Of a DNA stretch of 64,000 bases, positions 1 through 9,709 are shown one piece after another. This DNA is from an uncultured bacterium (GTDB lineage Bacteria; Zixibacteria; MSB-5A5; CAIYYT01): contig CAVSCK010000003.1 in the NCBI GenBank assembly GCA_963726455.1, forward strand, positions 736,001 to 800,000, read 5' to 3'. How positions within the stretch are numbered: the first letter of the stretch is position 1; every line of letters begins with the position of its first letter. A model generated the notes under the pieces. That model searched no databases, had not been told where the DNA came from, and was given only the letters and a program-made list of their open reading frames with translations. The position numbers were made by a program, and so were the translations under genes.

Positions 1-169
1 CGGCCCGAATCCCTGCGCCGCTTGCCCTTAGACATTTCGAGGGAACCCGGCAGACACAACCTATTAGATTGCAGCAGGATACGCTAGGGCTGAATCTCTC
101 TAGGAATCTGCGCCGCCTCGAAAAATCCGCTTGACCATTGCAACCCCATCCATATCTTTGCGTACAATG

Positions 170-196
170 TTAGCACTCGACTGAGAGGAGTGCTAA
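170..196. promoter_or_regulatory. CIRCE element (HrcA operator) upstream of groES
   Basis: Perfect TTAGCACTC-N9-GAGTGCTAA, just downstream of a TTGACC(131-136)/TATCTT(153-158) promoter-like pair. Confidence 0.97.
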
Positions 197-258
197 CAGA
201 AGTTAAAAGGCAGAATAGCTACATACATGCAATCAGTAACTAATAAACACAAGGAGCG

Positions 259-555
259 TTGTTAATGAACATCCAACCGTTGCAAGACCGCGTTCTGGTC
301 AAGCCGCTTGAAACCGGTGAGATGAAGAAAGGCGGAATCATTATCCCCGATACCGCCAAGGAAAAACCGCAGGAAGCAGAAGTGATCGCCATCGGTCCGG
401 GACGCGTCTCGGATGACGGCAAGCTGATCCCCGTCAACGTCAAAGTCGGCGACAAGATTCTGTTCGGCAAATACTCCGGCACCGAAGTTACGGTGGACGG
501 AATCGAATACCTGTTTATGCGCGAGTCCGATATTCTCGCGGTGCTCAAGAAGTAA
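259..555 (+). CDS. groES: co-chaperonin GroES
   Basis: [39 protein letters not shown]; start may be ATG 265. Confidence 0.98.
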   Translation: MLMNIQPLQDRVLVKPLETGEMKKGGIIIPDTAKEKPQEAEVIAIGPGRVSDDGKLIPVNVKVGDKILFGKYSGTEVTVDGIEYLFMRESDILAVLKK

Positions 556-565
556 GGAGAGGTGA

Positions 566-2205
<1,640 letters not shown>

Positions 2206-2227
2206 ACCAAATTGGTTTGACAATCAG

Positions 2228-2256
2228 ACGGCGGGTCGCAAGACCCGCCGTTTTTT
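2228..2256 (+). terminator. intrinsic terminator of groESL
   Basis: ACGGCGGGTC-GCAA-GACCCGCCGT followed by a T run. Confidence 0.9.
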
Positions 2257-2330
2257 GCTTCCTGTAGAATGATCTCTGAGGCCCTGAATAAGAGTCGGGC
2301 TTCAGTTATTTCGCGGCCAATTGAGGTTAC

Positions 2331-2834
2331 CTACTCACGCGCCTTTGGATACGCAGTAATAAAAAGTGGGAGAATGACGTTTCGAATCCCCATTCTTGTC
2401 ATGGTAGATTGAATAAACTCTCTAAAGTAAGGGTTCACAATTAAGGGAAAACTCGTGCCCTTATAGATTTTGATGAACTCCTCATTTACGGTAATCTCGG
2501 AAGTATAGGTTACTGAGAATGTGGCACTCATGTCCGAGATCACCCGCGTCTCATACTTAATAGAGACACCCATTTCTGCCCGAATCTCGAAAACCTTCGC
2601 ATCATTGCCCAAATTGCTTTCCACAACCACATCGTCGATTGAAACGTTTAAGGGGCTCTTACCAGATACCGGAGCTAGAACCGTGGGTTTGCGAATGCCT
2701 CTGAACTTTACCAATGCCACTTCAACAGGTCGAATACCGGAGAGCATACTCGAATATGCTTCAGGGGTCATTGAGAATTTTGAGCGGTTCTCCGTAGGAT
2801 TGTTAGCTGACTTCTCTATTTTGGATCTTGCCAT
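2331..2834 (-). CDS. SecB-like chaperone (TAC-type)
   Basis: 167 aa, beta-rich core then FPLIVNPYFREFIQSTMTRMGIRNVILP, matching the SecB P-Y-x-R-E...M-G...L-P helix; third gene of a TA operon. Confidence 0.75.
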   Translation of the reverse strand: MARSKIEKSANNPTENRSKFSMTPEAYSSMLSGIRPVEVALVKFRGIRKPTVLAPVSGKSPLNVSIDDVVVESNLGNDAKVFEIRAEMGVSIKYETRVISDMSATFSVTYTSEITVNEEFIKIYKGTSFPLIVNPYFREFIQSTMTRMGIRNVILPLFITAYPKARE

Positions 2835-2842
2835 AGCAGACC

Positions 2843-3340
2843 TCAGGCCGCTTCAGGATATGGATGTTTTGGATTACCGCCACACTTTGCGCCCGGTACA
2901 GGCGGTTTTGCTTGGTCACCGTAGTGAAGACCTGTGGTTGTCGGGGAGGTTTCAATTGCGATTGGCAATGCCACGGCATTCCACAGCGCAGCAACCACAA
3001 ATGAGTTGAGGCTCTGATTTTCCAGTTTGGCTCTCTGAGAGAGCTTTTTGTGAAGCTCCGGTCCTGTTCGAACTACGAATTTTCCACTGTAGTCGTAATC
3101 TTCTTCTTCTGGCAACGGGATTGTGACACCGTTCTCATAGTAATATGTTAGGAGTTCGTCTTTGACCTCCGCCAGCATTTCGAGCGCCTGATCGACGGTC
3201 TCTCCTGTGCCATAACAGGACAGCTTCCCAAGTTCAGCTATGAAAGCCGTGTACCTGTCTTCATCGTCATCATGGTGCTTCTCGAGCACGACTTTATACT
3301 CGAGAGCCTTGTATTGCTCCAATGTGAGTTTGTCTTTCAC
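2843..3340 (-). CDS. hicB: HicB-family antitoxin with RHH domain and C-terminal extension
   Basis: YTAFIAELGKLSCYGTGETVDQALEML...IPLP (HicB domain), YSGKFVVRTGPELHKKL...SLNSFV (RHH), then ~40 extra aa ending EAA; GTG overlaps the upstream stop. Confidence 0.88.
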   Translation of the reverse strand: MKDKLTLEQYKALEYKVVLEKHHDDDEDRYTAFIAELGKLSCYGTGETVDQALEMLAEVKDELLTYYYENGVTIPLPEEEDYDYSGKFVVRTGPELHKKLSQRAKLENQSLNSFVVAALWNAVALPIAIETSPTTTGLHYGDQAKPPVPGAKCGGNPKHPYPEAA

Positions 3341-3678
3341 ACTTCCTCCGTTATCGTCTGAATAATCAGTCGGACTGGCCGATCCAAATACCTTCTAATG
3401 TTTTGGACACGAACCATCCTATTATGCTTGCTCTTCCCTCCTATTAATGCCACCTGAAATATCCCCAGAGGCCCGTGGCATCCGTGATTGACCAATGCAT
3501 CATGCCTGTACGAAAGATGCGATCCGCCTTTAGCGGGCAATTGCAGGCATCCAAGTCTCTCTCTCAGATATTTATCAAGATCCCCGAAATTCTTCTCAGG
3601 TGGCTTGCTAGTAAGAAATACTTCCCATTCCTCCGTTAGGGCTTCTCGCTCATTGACATTATCGTCACAGAAAAGCAC
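3337..3678 (-). CDS. HicA-like mRNA interferase toxin
   Basis: FGDLDKYLRERLG...KGGSHLSYRH carries the HicA G-S-H catalytic motif; translationally coupled to hicB. Confidence 0.7.
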   Translation of the reverse strand: MLFCDDNVNEREALTEEWEVFLTSKPPEKNFGDLDKYLRERLGCLQLPAKGGSHLSYRHDALVNHGCHGPLGIFQVALIGGKSKHNRMVRVQNIRRYLDRPVRLIIQTITEEV

Positions 3679-3688
3679 TTGAATTAGT

Positions 3689-3726
3689 GTAGTACTAAAT
3701 ATAGTACTACTTCCTTTCTACGTCAA
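3689..3726 (-). promoter_or_regulatory. sigma70 promoter of the TAC operon with overlapping inverted-repeat operator
   Basis: Minus strand TTGACG-17nt-TATATT; perfect IR GTAGTACTA-AATA-TAGTACTAC (3689-3710) covers the -10 box. Confidence 0.8.
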
Positions 3727-4146
3727 TAATATTGTTATTTCTGGTAAAAACATATGATTTCCCGCCGCATTCGAGTGTTCTTGAGCTCCAACGCTTCAGT
3801 TAAACTCTAGTTTAAGGTCAAGAATTATGTTCGACAAGTCAAGACTTTATTGGTTGGTTTCTTGTCTTTACGGATATGTTCTTGATTTCAAATAACTTAC
3901 GAGCACCTCCTTTTCTGTTCGTTCGAAGCTTCAACACTCTGATTCCACTTCTCCCGACCGTTTGGTCGCCGAATAGGACGTTCAGCCCCCCATATATACA
4001 GCCAGTCAGTACTCTTCCTCCTTGTCGTAAACCAGAATTTCCGCCAGTCGTCTACCTAAGTGCATACCGCCTAGCGAATTAGCTGGCCCATACTTTGGCC
4101 GATAGAGTCAATTGTAGAATATAACGGTCTTTGCAATACGCCGCTG

Positions 4147-4272
4147 CTGGGTTCCAACCAGCCGGTAGCCCAGCTATCCCCTTGATCCCATTGGTTTGCA
4201 TCCTACCCAAAGCCTTGCGGCAGGTGGGTTTTTCATTCTCTGGGTACAGACTCACCAGATGGGTTACAGATT
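4147..4272 (+). repeat. modular intergenic repeat, copy 1 (degenerate motif A + hairpin C + motif B)
   Basis: AGCCGGTAGCCCAGCTATCCCCTTGATC; TTTGCATCCTACCC...GGTGGGTTTTTC; GGTACAGACTCACCAGATGGGTTACAGATT (4243-4272). Confidence 0.85.
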
Positions 4273-4389
4273 AGGCTCATCACATAGGTAACAGTTATAC
4301 TGCGTCGCGAATAAGGAGGTGACGCAGTGTGCCGAAGAGGTTTTGATGTCCAAGCTATCAACAAGCCAATCTTGCAGATACAGCGACAA

Positions 4390-5502
4390 CTACTTGATAT
4401 GGTAGCGGACTAAACGGGATACAGTGCAGGACGCATCATAATTCCAAAGGGCGTGAGAATACCTCTCGATAATGCCCACGCCTTTCGCGAAAATCAAACA
4501 ATCACCAAAGGAAGGGGAGAGCCCATGCAGTGTGCATCTTTCATACGTTGGGTAGAATCTACCGGCTGGAACAGAGTCGACACGGTCCGGCCATACGAGA
4601 GGCACAACGATTCCATCCCCATAGAAGATGCTGTCATTGCGAGCGCCGACATAACTTCCGTCGGACAGTAACCATCGAATGATACCGCCACTCTGGCTGC
4701 CAGACCGTACGTAAATGCTGTCTATTCGCACTTGGGTTGAGTCCCACAAGTACCACCACGTGGGAATGCCAGTGATGTTGGTGTCGTAGTGGCAGGTTTC
4801 ATAGACCCAGTAGTTGCCAACGGCCAGCGGCCAGTTTTCGCTCGGTCTGTAGGGCACGACAGTAATCCTGACCGATTCCGTGTCAGCCAGTTCACCATCG
4901 GAAGCCACAAACACAGGTTCGAAAACACCAAGTTGGGTTGAATCAGGAGTGAAGCTGAAGACACCGGTGCCATTGTTATCGGGGACGAAACTTGCATTCA
5001 CCGGCAGATCATAGGCTGCGACGCTGGGGAAGATGTAGTCGCTGTCATCAGCCATGATCATAAAGCTCAGTGCGATCGTGGTAACGCATGGTTGTGGCGC
5101 TATGGGGAGAAGAACGGGGCGATGTTCGTTTGCCTGAGTTACAGATATGATAGAGACGATCTCGCTGTCAGCGAGTTCACCGTCGGAGGCGTAGAATAAG
5201 ACAGAGTACGTCCCAACCTGACCAGTATCTGGAACGAACATAAAGCGGCCCTTGTTATCGCCCGCGGATGTGAAACTGGAGTGGTCGGGAAGGTTTTGGG
5301 CGGAGAGGGAAGGGATTGTACCGTCTTGATCGTTGGCAGTAACATCGAATCTTAGAGTGTCGCCGGCTCGGACGGCTTGGGGGCCAATCTCTTCCAAGAT
5401 TGGGGCGTGGTTCGACTTCGTCGGTCTTGACGGATTATCCGCGCATTGACACAGCAGAGCCAAGCCCGCCAGAACCAGCGTTAGTCTTAAGAAATGACGC
5501 AT
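4390..5502 (-). CDS. lipoprotein with tandem Ig-like (He_PIG/cadherin-like) domains
   Basis: Lipobox LLCQC; two NHAP/HRPV...ASDGELAD modules; RBS GGAGG upstream of ATG 5502. Confidence 0.75.
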   Translation of the reverse strand: MRHFLRLTLVLAGLALLCQCADNPSRPTKSNHAPILEEIGPQAVRAGDTLRFDVTANDQDGTIPSLSAQNLPDHSSFTSAGDNKGRFMFVPDTGQVGTYSVLFYASDGELADSEIVSIISVTQANEHRPVLLPIAPQPCVTTIALSFMIMADDSDYIFPSVAAYDLPVNASFVPDNNGTGVFSFTPDSTQLGVFEPVFVASDGELADTESVRITVVPYRPSENWPLAVGNYWVYETCHYDTNITGIPTWWYLWDSTQVRIDSIYVRSGSQSGGIIRWLLSDGSYVGARNDSIFYGDGIVVPLVWPDRVDSVPAGRFYPTYERCTLHGLSPSFGDCLIFAKGVGIIERYSHALWNYDASCTVSRLVRYHIK

Positions 5503-5522
5503 GAATCGCACCCTCCATACAT

Positions 5523-5551
5523 AATATAGCCAGACTCCGCGATTTTGTCAA
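5523..5551 (-). promoter_or_regulatory. sigma70 promoter of the 4390-5502 gene
   Basis: Minus strand TTGACA-17nt-TATATT. Confidence 0.7.
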
Positions 5552-5563
5552 GCAGGTTCGTCA

Positions 5564-5685
5564 AGCCGGTAGCCCCGCAATCTTCGTGATCGTCTCGAGG
5601 TACAGCCGGTAGCCCCGCAATCTTCGTGATCGTCTTGATTCGTAATTTGTAGCCCACCCAAAGGCTTCCGACGGGTGGGTTTTTC
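5564..5685 (+). repeat. modular intergenic repeat, copy 2 (tandem motif A x2 + hairpin C)
   Basis: Identical 32-mers AGCCGGTAGCCCCGCAATCTTCGTGATCGTCT at 5564 and 5604; GTAG-CCCACCC...GGGTGGG-TTTTTC at 5649-5685. Confidence 0.9.
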
Positions 5686-5723
5686 TTTGATCGATGAATG
5701 GTCGGCGCAGGCAAGAAAGTTCC

Positions 5724-5786
5724 GTAGGTCGAAACCCCGTACGGTAGCACGTCCGCACCTACGACCGCTTCTCCGTGGGTTTCGAC
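5724..5786 (+). repeat. GTAG-led REP-like palindrome
   Basis: GTAG-GTCGAAACCC...GGGTTTCGAC. Confidence 0.55.
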
Positions 5787-5895
5787 ACTTCCCTTCTTGT
5801 TTTCTGCTTGACATCGACTCGCCGATTATCCCATATTAGACATAAATGTCAGCGCTTACAGCGCAAAACGCCTCTACGAAAGGCAGGTTGAAATC

Positions 5896-6279
5896 GTGAA
5901 GAGAGCTATCGCCGCCCTCATTGTGTCGTGTTTTCTGTTCATTAATTGCGCCGCAATTTTCAAAGGCACGTCCAGCAAGCTGGATCTTTCCTCTGAACCA
6001 GACGGCGCGAGTGTATACGTGAATGGAAACTCGTGGGGCAAGACGCCAATCAAGTTGAAGCTTGAATCCAAGAAGACCTATGTGCTCGAGTTCAAGAAAG
6101 AGGGTTACGAAACGAAGACCTTCAACATCACTAACAGCGTTGGCGCCGGTTGGATTATTCTCGATATTCTCGGTGGCCTATTCCCAATCGTGATAGACGC
6201 TGCCACAGGAGCTTGGTACGATCTTGACATGGACAATATCAATGCAATCCTTGAGCAGCAAGCACAGACTCAACAGTAG
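5896..6279 (+). CDS. PEGA-domain lipoprotein
   Basis: INCAAIFKG, SSEPDGASVYVNG..GKTP..L.L...FKKEGY, hydrophobic segment then DAATGAWY. Confidence 0.85.
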   Translation: MKRAIAALIVSCFLFINCAAIFKGTSSKLDLSSEPDGASVYVNGNSWGKTPIKLKLESKKTYVLEFKKEGYETKTFNITNSVGAGWIILDILGGLFPIVIDAATGAWYDLDMDNINAILEQQAQTQQ

Positions 6280-6280
6280 C

Positions 6281-6425
6281 TTGGGTTCCGTCAGGTCTTG
6301 CGCCGCGACGATCTCTGCGTCCCTGTGTACCATTTGTTTCCGCGGCGTGTGACCTGACGGCCGAGCCGGTAGCCCCGCGATCTTCGTGATCGTCTGGTAC
6401 AGACTCATCAGAAGGGTTACAGATT
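6281..6425 (+). repeat. modular intergenic repeat, copy 3 (long hairpin + motif A + motif B)
   Basis: CCGTCAGGTC..CGCCGCG / CGCGGCG..GACCTGACGG hairpin 6288-6360; motif A 6364-6395; motif B 6396-6425. Confidence 0.9.
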
Positions 6426-6438
6426 GGCTGCAAATGAG

Positions 6439-6897
6439 ATGAAAACGATGAAAACAACAAATCACATAATGGCCCTCGCGCTCTTGCTCATCGTTGGTTG
6501 TAGCGAGCGACCCATCGGCCGAGCAGAACTCATCGGAACGTGGACGATGAGAGCTTCCTGTACAGAATTCTTGCCGGAAACGTTTCACGCCAAGCCTCCG
6601 CATCTGACTCTTAAAGGTGATGGCACCTTCTTGGCTGAAGACTTACCTGCTTCAATATTTGGTGCATCGTTTGAGCTCGAGAATTCGCATGTTGGTGGCG
6701 CAGGCAAGTGGCTTATGCGAGAAGTTGACGGATTCCAGAGACTTGAATTGGAGTTTCGCTCATCAGACTCTCCGCTGCTGAAGAGAATGCCATTCCTGGT
6801 TCGCCTGTGGTCGGAGCGGGAGAGCGGCAAAGCTGTAATCTACTTCTATCATGGCGATATCGATGGTAGCCCTCGGATCTATCTTGACCGAGGATAG
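6439..6897 (+). CDS. hypothetical lipoprotein
   Basis: Lipobox LIVGC followed by ELIGTW...L.LKGDGTF, a lipocalin-like start. Confidence 0.7.
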   Translation: MKTMKTTNHIMALALLLIVGCSERPIGRAELIGTWTMRASCTEFLPETFHAKPPHLTLKGDGTFLAEDLPASIFGASFELENSHVGGAGKWLMREVDGFQRLELEFRSSDSPLLKRMPFLVRLWSERESGKAVIYFYHGDIDGSPRIYLDRG

Positions 6898-6968
6898 TCG
6901 AAGAGGTCAAGAGCGCTCATGCGAATGTGACAGGTTCAGTGACACGCCTCAGCCAGGTTTCTGTATTT

Positions 6969-7041
6969 TTGGGTTCCGTCAGCCGGTAGCACCGCCCTCT
7001 TCGTGATCTTCGGTACAGACTCATCAGATGGGTTACAGATT
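6969..7041 (+). repeat. modular intergenic repeat, copy 4 (leader + motif A variant + motif B)
   Basis: TTGGGTTCCGTC-AGCCGGTAGCACCGCCCTCTTCGTGATCTTC-GGTACAGACTCATCAGATGGGTTACAGATT. Confidence 0.9.
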
Positions 7042-7088
7042 GGATTGGGTTTGGCGCTTCGCTGCGAACCCTGACCTACCCGACTAGG

Positions 7089-7587
7089 TCAATGTCCCGC
7101 TTTTTGGTCAATCGAAATTACGAATTCGCATCGCTTGTCCCCTTGAATGATCGAACCGACAAGACTCACTGCAACGGGAAATCCGAGCACCTGCTCGAAC
7201 AACTGTTTCAGCCAGCCGCAACTGCAGTGGCAGAAGGTGTTACTGAATGGTTCTCGGGTTTGGCTGACGCTGCCGCAGTAGCACTTGTCGTAAACTGCAA
7301 TAATTTGCTTGCCCTGTCGTGACAAGTGACCGCCGCCAATATCCGTTCTCATTCATTTTTGACAGCCAGTCATCGATGGTTGCTGATTCTCGATAGAGAC
7401 GTGCGGCCTTCTCAATGACCGATTGCCCCAGACAATTGCAGTCCTGCATGATGCGAAGACAGTCCTCACGCGAGCACTGTTGTTCGATCAACTCGATGGC
7501 TTCGCGGATAAGCGCCGCCTTTAGGTGTGGCTTTCTCTCCTGTTCGATTTCTGCTGCGATTCTGCTGCAGTTTGCGAACTGACTCAT
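7089..7587 (-). CDS. Cys-rich DUF6144/V4R-like protein, frameshifted near 7341
   Basis: ORFs 7240-7596 and 7089-7352 join into ...CNC...YDKCYC...FCHCSCGW...SIIQGDKRCEF by removing one base. Confidence 0.65.
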
Positions 7588-7739
7588 TCCCCTCAAGATA
7601 CGGGGATGCCGCTTGTCGAAATTTGTCGATGCTGAAAGGCATACATCTCTAAGTTAGCCGGCCTCAAAGGAATAGTCAATATTACCCGTTCCGTCAGGTC
7701 AGGAGGTCAGGTGAACCGGCTGCAAACCCCAACAACAGG

Positions 7740-7850
7740 AAGTGTATAACAATTTAACACTTCGGGAAATCTTGCTAACTCGTTGATTTCTATCACATTG
7801 GTGGCATACTCAAGAGTGGTTCGACAGGTCGATGTAGCAATAACCGACAT
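7740..7850. promoter_or_regulatory. two TGT-N11-ACA enhancer boxes plus an IHF-like site upstream of a PEP-CTERM gene
   Basis: AAGTGT-N11-ACACTT (7740-7762), ATGT-N11-ACAT (7832-7850), AATCAACGAGTTA on minus strand (7776-7788). Confidence 0.65.
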
Positions 7851-7935
7851 TCGTGGCTAATTCACACTGAGTAAGCGGTTTTTTTCTGGCGGATAACCCA
7901 TTCATAATGAATTGGTTGGGACTACTCAAGCTGCT

Positions 7936-7951
7936 TGGCACGCAGATTGAT
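7936..7951 (+). promoter_or_regulatory. sigma54 (-24/-12) promoter
   Basis: TGGCACG-CAGA-TTGAT versus consensus TGGCACG-N4-TTGC. Confidence 0.7.
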
Positions 7952-8025
7952 ACGATAGAGATGGATTGATGTAGTCCTTAACTATTTAGGCAGAAAAGAT
8001 TAACTCAATTTTCATCGGAGGAATA

Positions 8026-8670
8026 ATGACAAAACTCTTCAAGGCGATGCTCGCTGTGGGAATGGTTCTGGCGCTTGCCGGCCCCAGCTTTGCATGGAAT
8101 CTTAACTTCGAGTGGGGCTTGGGCCAAGACGGTCAGAACGTTGCTGCCGGAGTTCCGGGCCTGCAGTTCACCACTACGGACGGTCTCGATTGGAAGTATG
8201 GCGACGCGACCACCAACAACTACAACGTAAGAAATCAGCTTGGTCAGACGTGGGGCGGTGCCTGGTTTTACATGGAAGATTATGTATTTACCTGGTTAGG
8301 CACAACTCAGGGTTCCGGCAGAATCGATTTCCTCAATCAGGACGGAACGTTCTTCAGAACCGGATATTGTTCCGCCAGCAATTTCTATTTGGAAGCCTAC
8401 GATGCCGGCGGCAATCTGCTTGATTCGCAATTTGGTCTGTCCAACTACACGCTGAACGATCAGACTCCAGGTATCGGTCTTGATTACCTGCAGGTAAGCG
8501 GCACCAACATTGCCTACGTGCTGATGCATGACACAGGTAACCAATGGCTTGCCGACAATATGTCGGGCGATGCCACTGGCGTAAATGTTCCGGGCGTCCC
8601 TGAACCGGGTACTTTGGTGCTCCTTGGTCTGGGTCTGGTTGCGATGGGGATCTTTGTCAGACGTTTCTAG
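8026..8670 (+). CDS. PEP-CTERM sorting domain protein
   Basis: Signal peptide; C-terminus VPEPGTLVLLGLGLVAMGIFVRRF. Confidence 0.93.
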   Translation: MTKLFKAMLAVGMVLALAGPSFAWNLNFEWGLGQDGQNVAAGVPGLQFTTTDGLDWKYGDATTNNYNVRNQLGQTWGGAWFYMEDYVFTWLGTTQGSGRIDFLNQDGTFFRTGYCSASNFYLEAYDAGGNLLDSQFGLSNYTLNDQTPGIGLDYLQVSGTNIAYVLMHDTGNQWLADNMSGDATGVNVPGVPEPGTLVLLGLGLVAMGIFVRRF

Positions 8671-8702
8671 TAGTTACATCTAGTCTCTAGATTCAAAATT
8701 CT

Positions 8703-8730
8703 AAGGCAGCCGATTGGCTGCCTTTTTTTT
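8703..8730 (+). terminator. intrinsic terminator
   Basis: AAGGCAGCC-GATT-GGCTGCCTT plus T run. Confidence 0.9.
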
Positions 8731-9034
8731 GGTCCGTTCCGGCGGCTCTTTCACTCTGCGACACAGTATTCTCTCAACTCAGCCAACCAGTTCTTTGTGA
8801 TTGTAGATCGAAACCCCGTTCGATGCGCTTCTGCATCCTCGACAAGGTCACAATGGATTTCGAGATTTCCCTTAATGCTCTCTGCCACAGGGCATCTCGG
8901 CTTGCATATCCACTGAACCTCCTGCATGGCGCGCTCGAGCACTGCAGACATTTGTACTGCAACAGCATCGCAACAAAAAGAGCCCCGGTATAACCAGGGC
9001 TCTTCCACTCAGTAAGATAAATCGAAGTCTGTGA

Positions 9035-9709
9035 TTAGTTGCGGAATCTGATCACGAGCTCACCTGCCAACAAGCCCAAGCATATCAGAGTTAATGATGC
9101 CGGTTCAGGCACCACATTGCCATCCGGGCCGCTGAGTTCAAAAGCCAAATCACCACCATTTACATTCGCCCAATAGCTGGGATCCTGTTGCATAGACTGG
9201 TGCTGCCAGTCGGGGCTACCACTAACGCCGGATGACTGCGCCCAGAACCAATTCTCACCGTAATTGTGCGCCAAAATACTGAACCAGTATTTGCCTGCAC
9301 CCAAGGTAAAGGGAGTATCAAGGTTCAACGAGTACTGGTAAATATCGCCAATGCTAGCATTCGTTTCGAAGTATGTCTCGCCGGCATTCCCGGACAGAAA
9401 CTGGTCGTAGACTTTGGTCATCGGTTTACCAGTAGATTCATCGTTCGACCAAATCTCGAAGGTGAAACCCGTGAGGTTGTTCGTGGCCCCACCGTAGCTG
9501 CCCCACCAGTGGAAGTCGGTGATACTGCCGCTGCCGCCCCAATCATAGTCGGCGAACGACTGATGGTACGGTCCGAAGCTATTGTACCAGAAAGAGGATA
9601 AGGCGTTGGTGCTGGAAGAACTGTAAGGGTTGGAGAAAATGACGGTCGCATTGGCAGCGCCGGATGCGAGCAGAATGACTAGGAATGCGAAAGTTATGAT
9701 TGTCTTCAA
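9035..9709 (-). CDS. PEP-CTERM sorting domain protein
   Basis: Signal peptide; C-terminus VPEPASLTLICLGLLAGELVIRFRN. Confidence 0.88.
   Translation of the reverse strand: MKTIITFAFLVILLASGAANATVIFSNPYSSSSTNALSSFWYNSFGPYHQSFADYDWGGSGSITDFHWWGSYGGATNNLTGFTFEIWSNDESTGKPMTKVYDQFLSGNAGETYFETNASIGDIYQYSLNLDTPFTLGAGKYWFSILAHNYGENWFWAQSSGVSGSPDWQHQSMQQDPSYWANVNGGDLAFELSGPDGNVVPEPASLTLICLGLLAGELVIRFRN

Noticed and set aside
1-35. Start of a divergent gene (MSKGKRRRDSG...) running off the left edge
   Set aside because: Too short to support
3730-4140. Small ORF 3876-4082 or ncRNA in the AT-rich gap
   Set aside because: No RBS, family motif or convincing structure
5564-5635. CRISPR array
   Set aside because: Only two adjacent 32-bp copies with an 8-nt gap; other copies are separated by whole genes; no cas genes
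6263-6276. ACAGACTCAACAG at the end of the PEGA gene resembling motif B
   Set aside because: A 13-nt partial match inside coding sequence; could be chance
6364-6425. Hammerhead ribozyme on the minus strand (CTGATGA-GTCTG-TAC-CAGAC)
   Set aside because: Stem II is followed by GATC rather than GAAA, and the other copies break the core (CTGGTGA) or the stem
4147-7041. Integron attC array
   Set aside because: No RYYYAAC/GTTRRRY boxes, genes in both orientations with their own promoters, no intI
8751-9008. 85-aa ORF between the PEP-CTERM genes
   Set aside because: No clear start signal or recognisable domain; may be a gene remnant but cannot be supported
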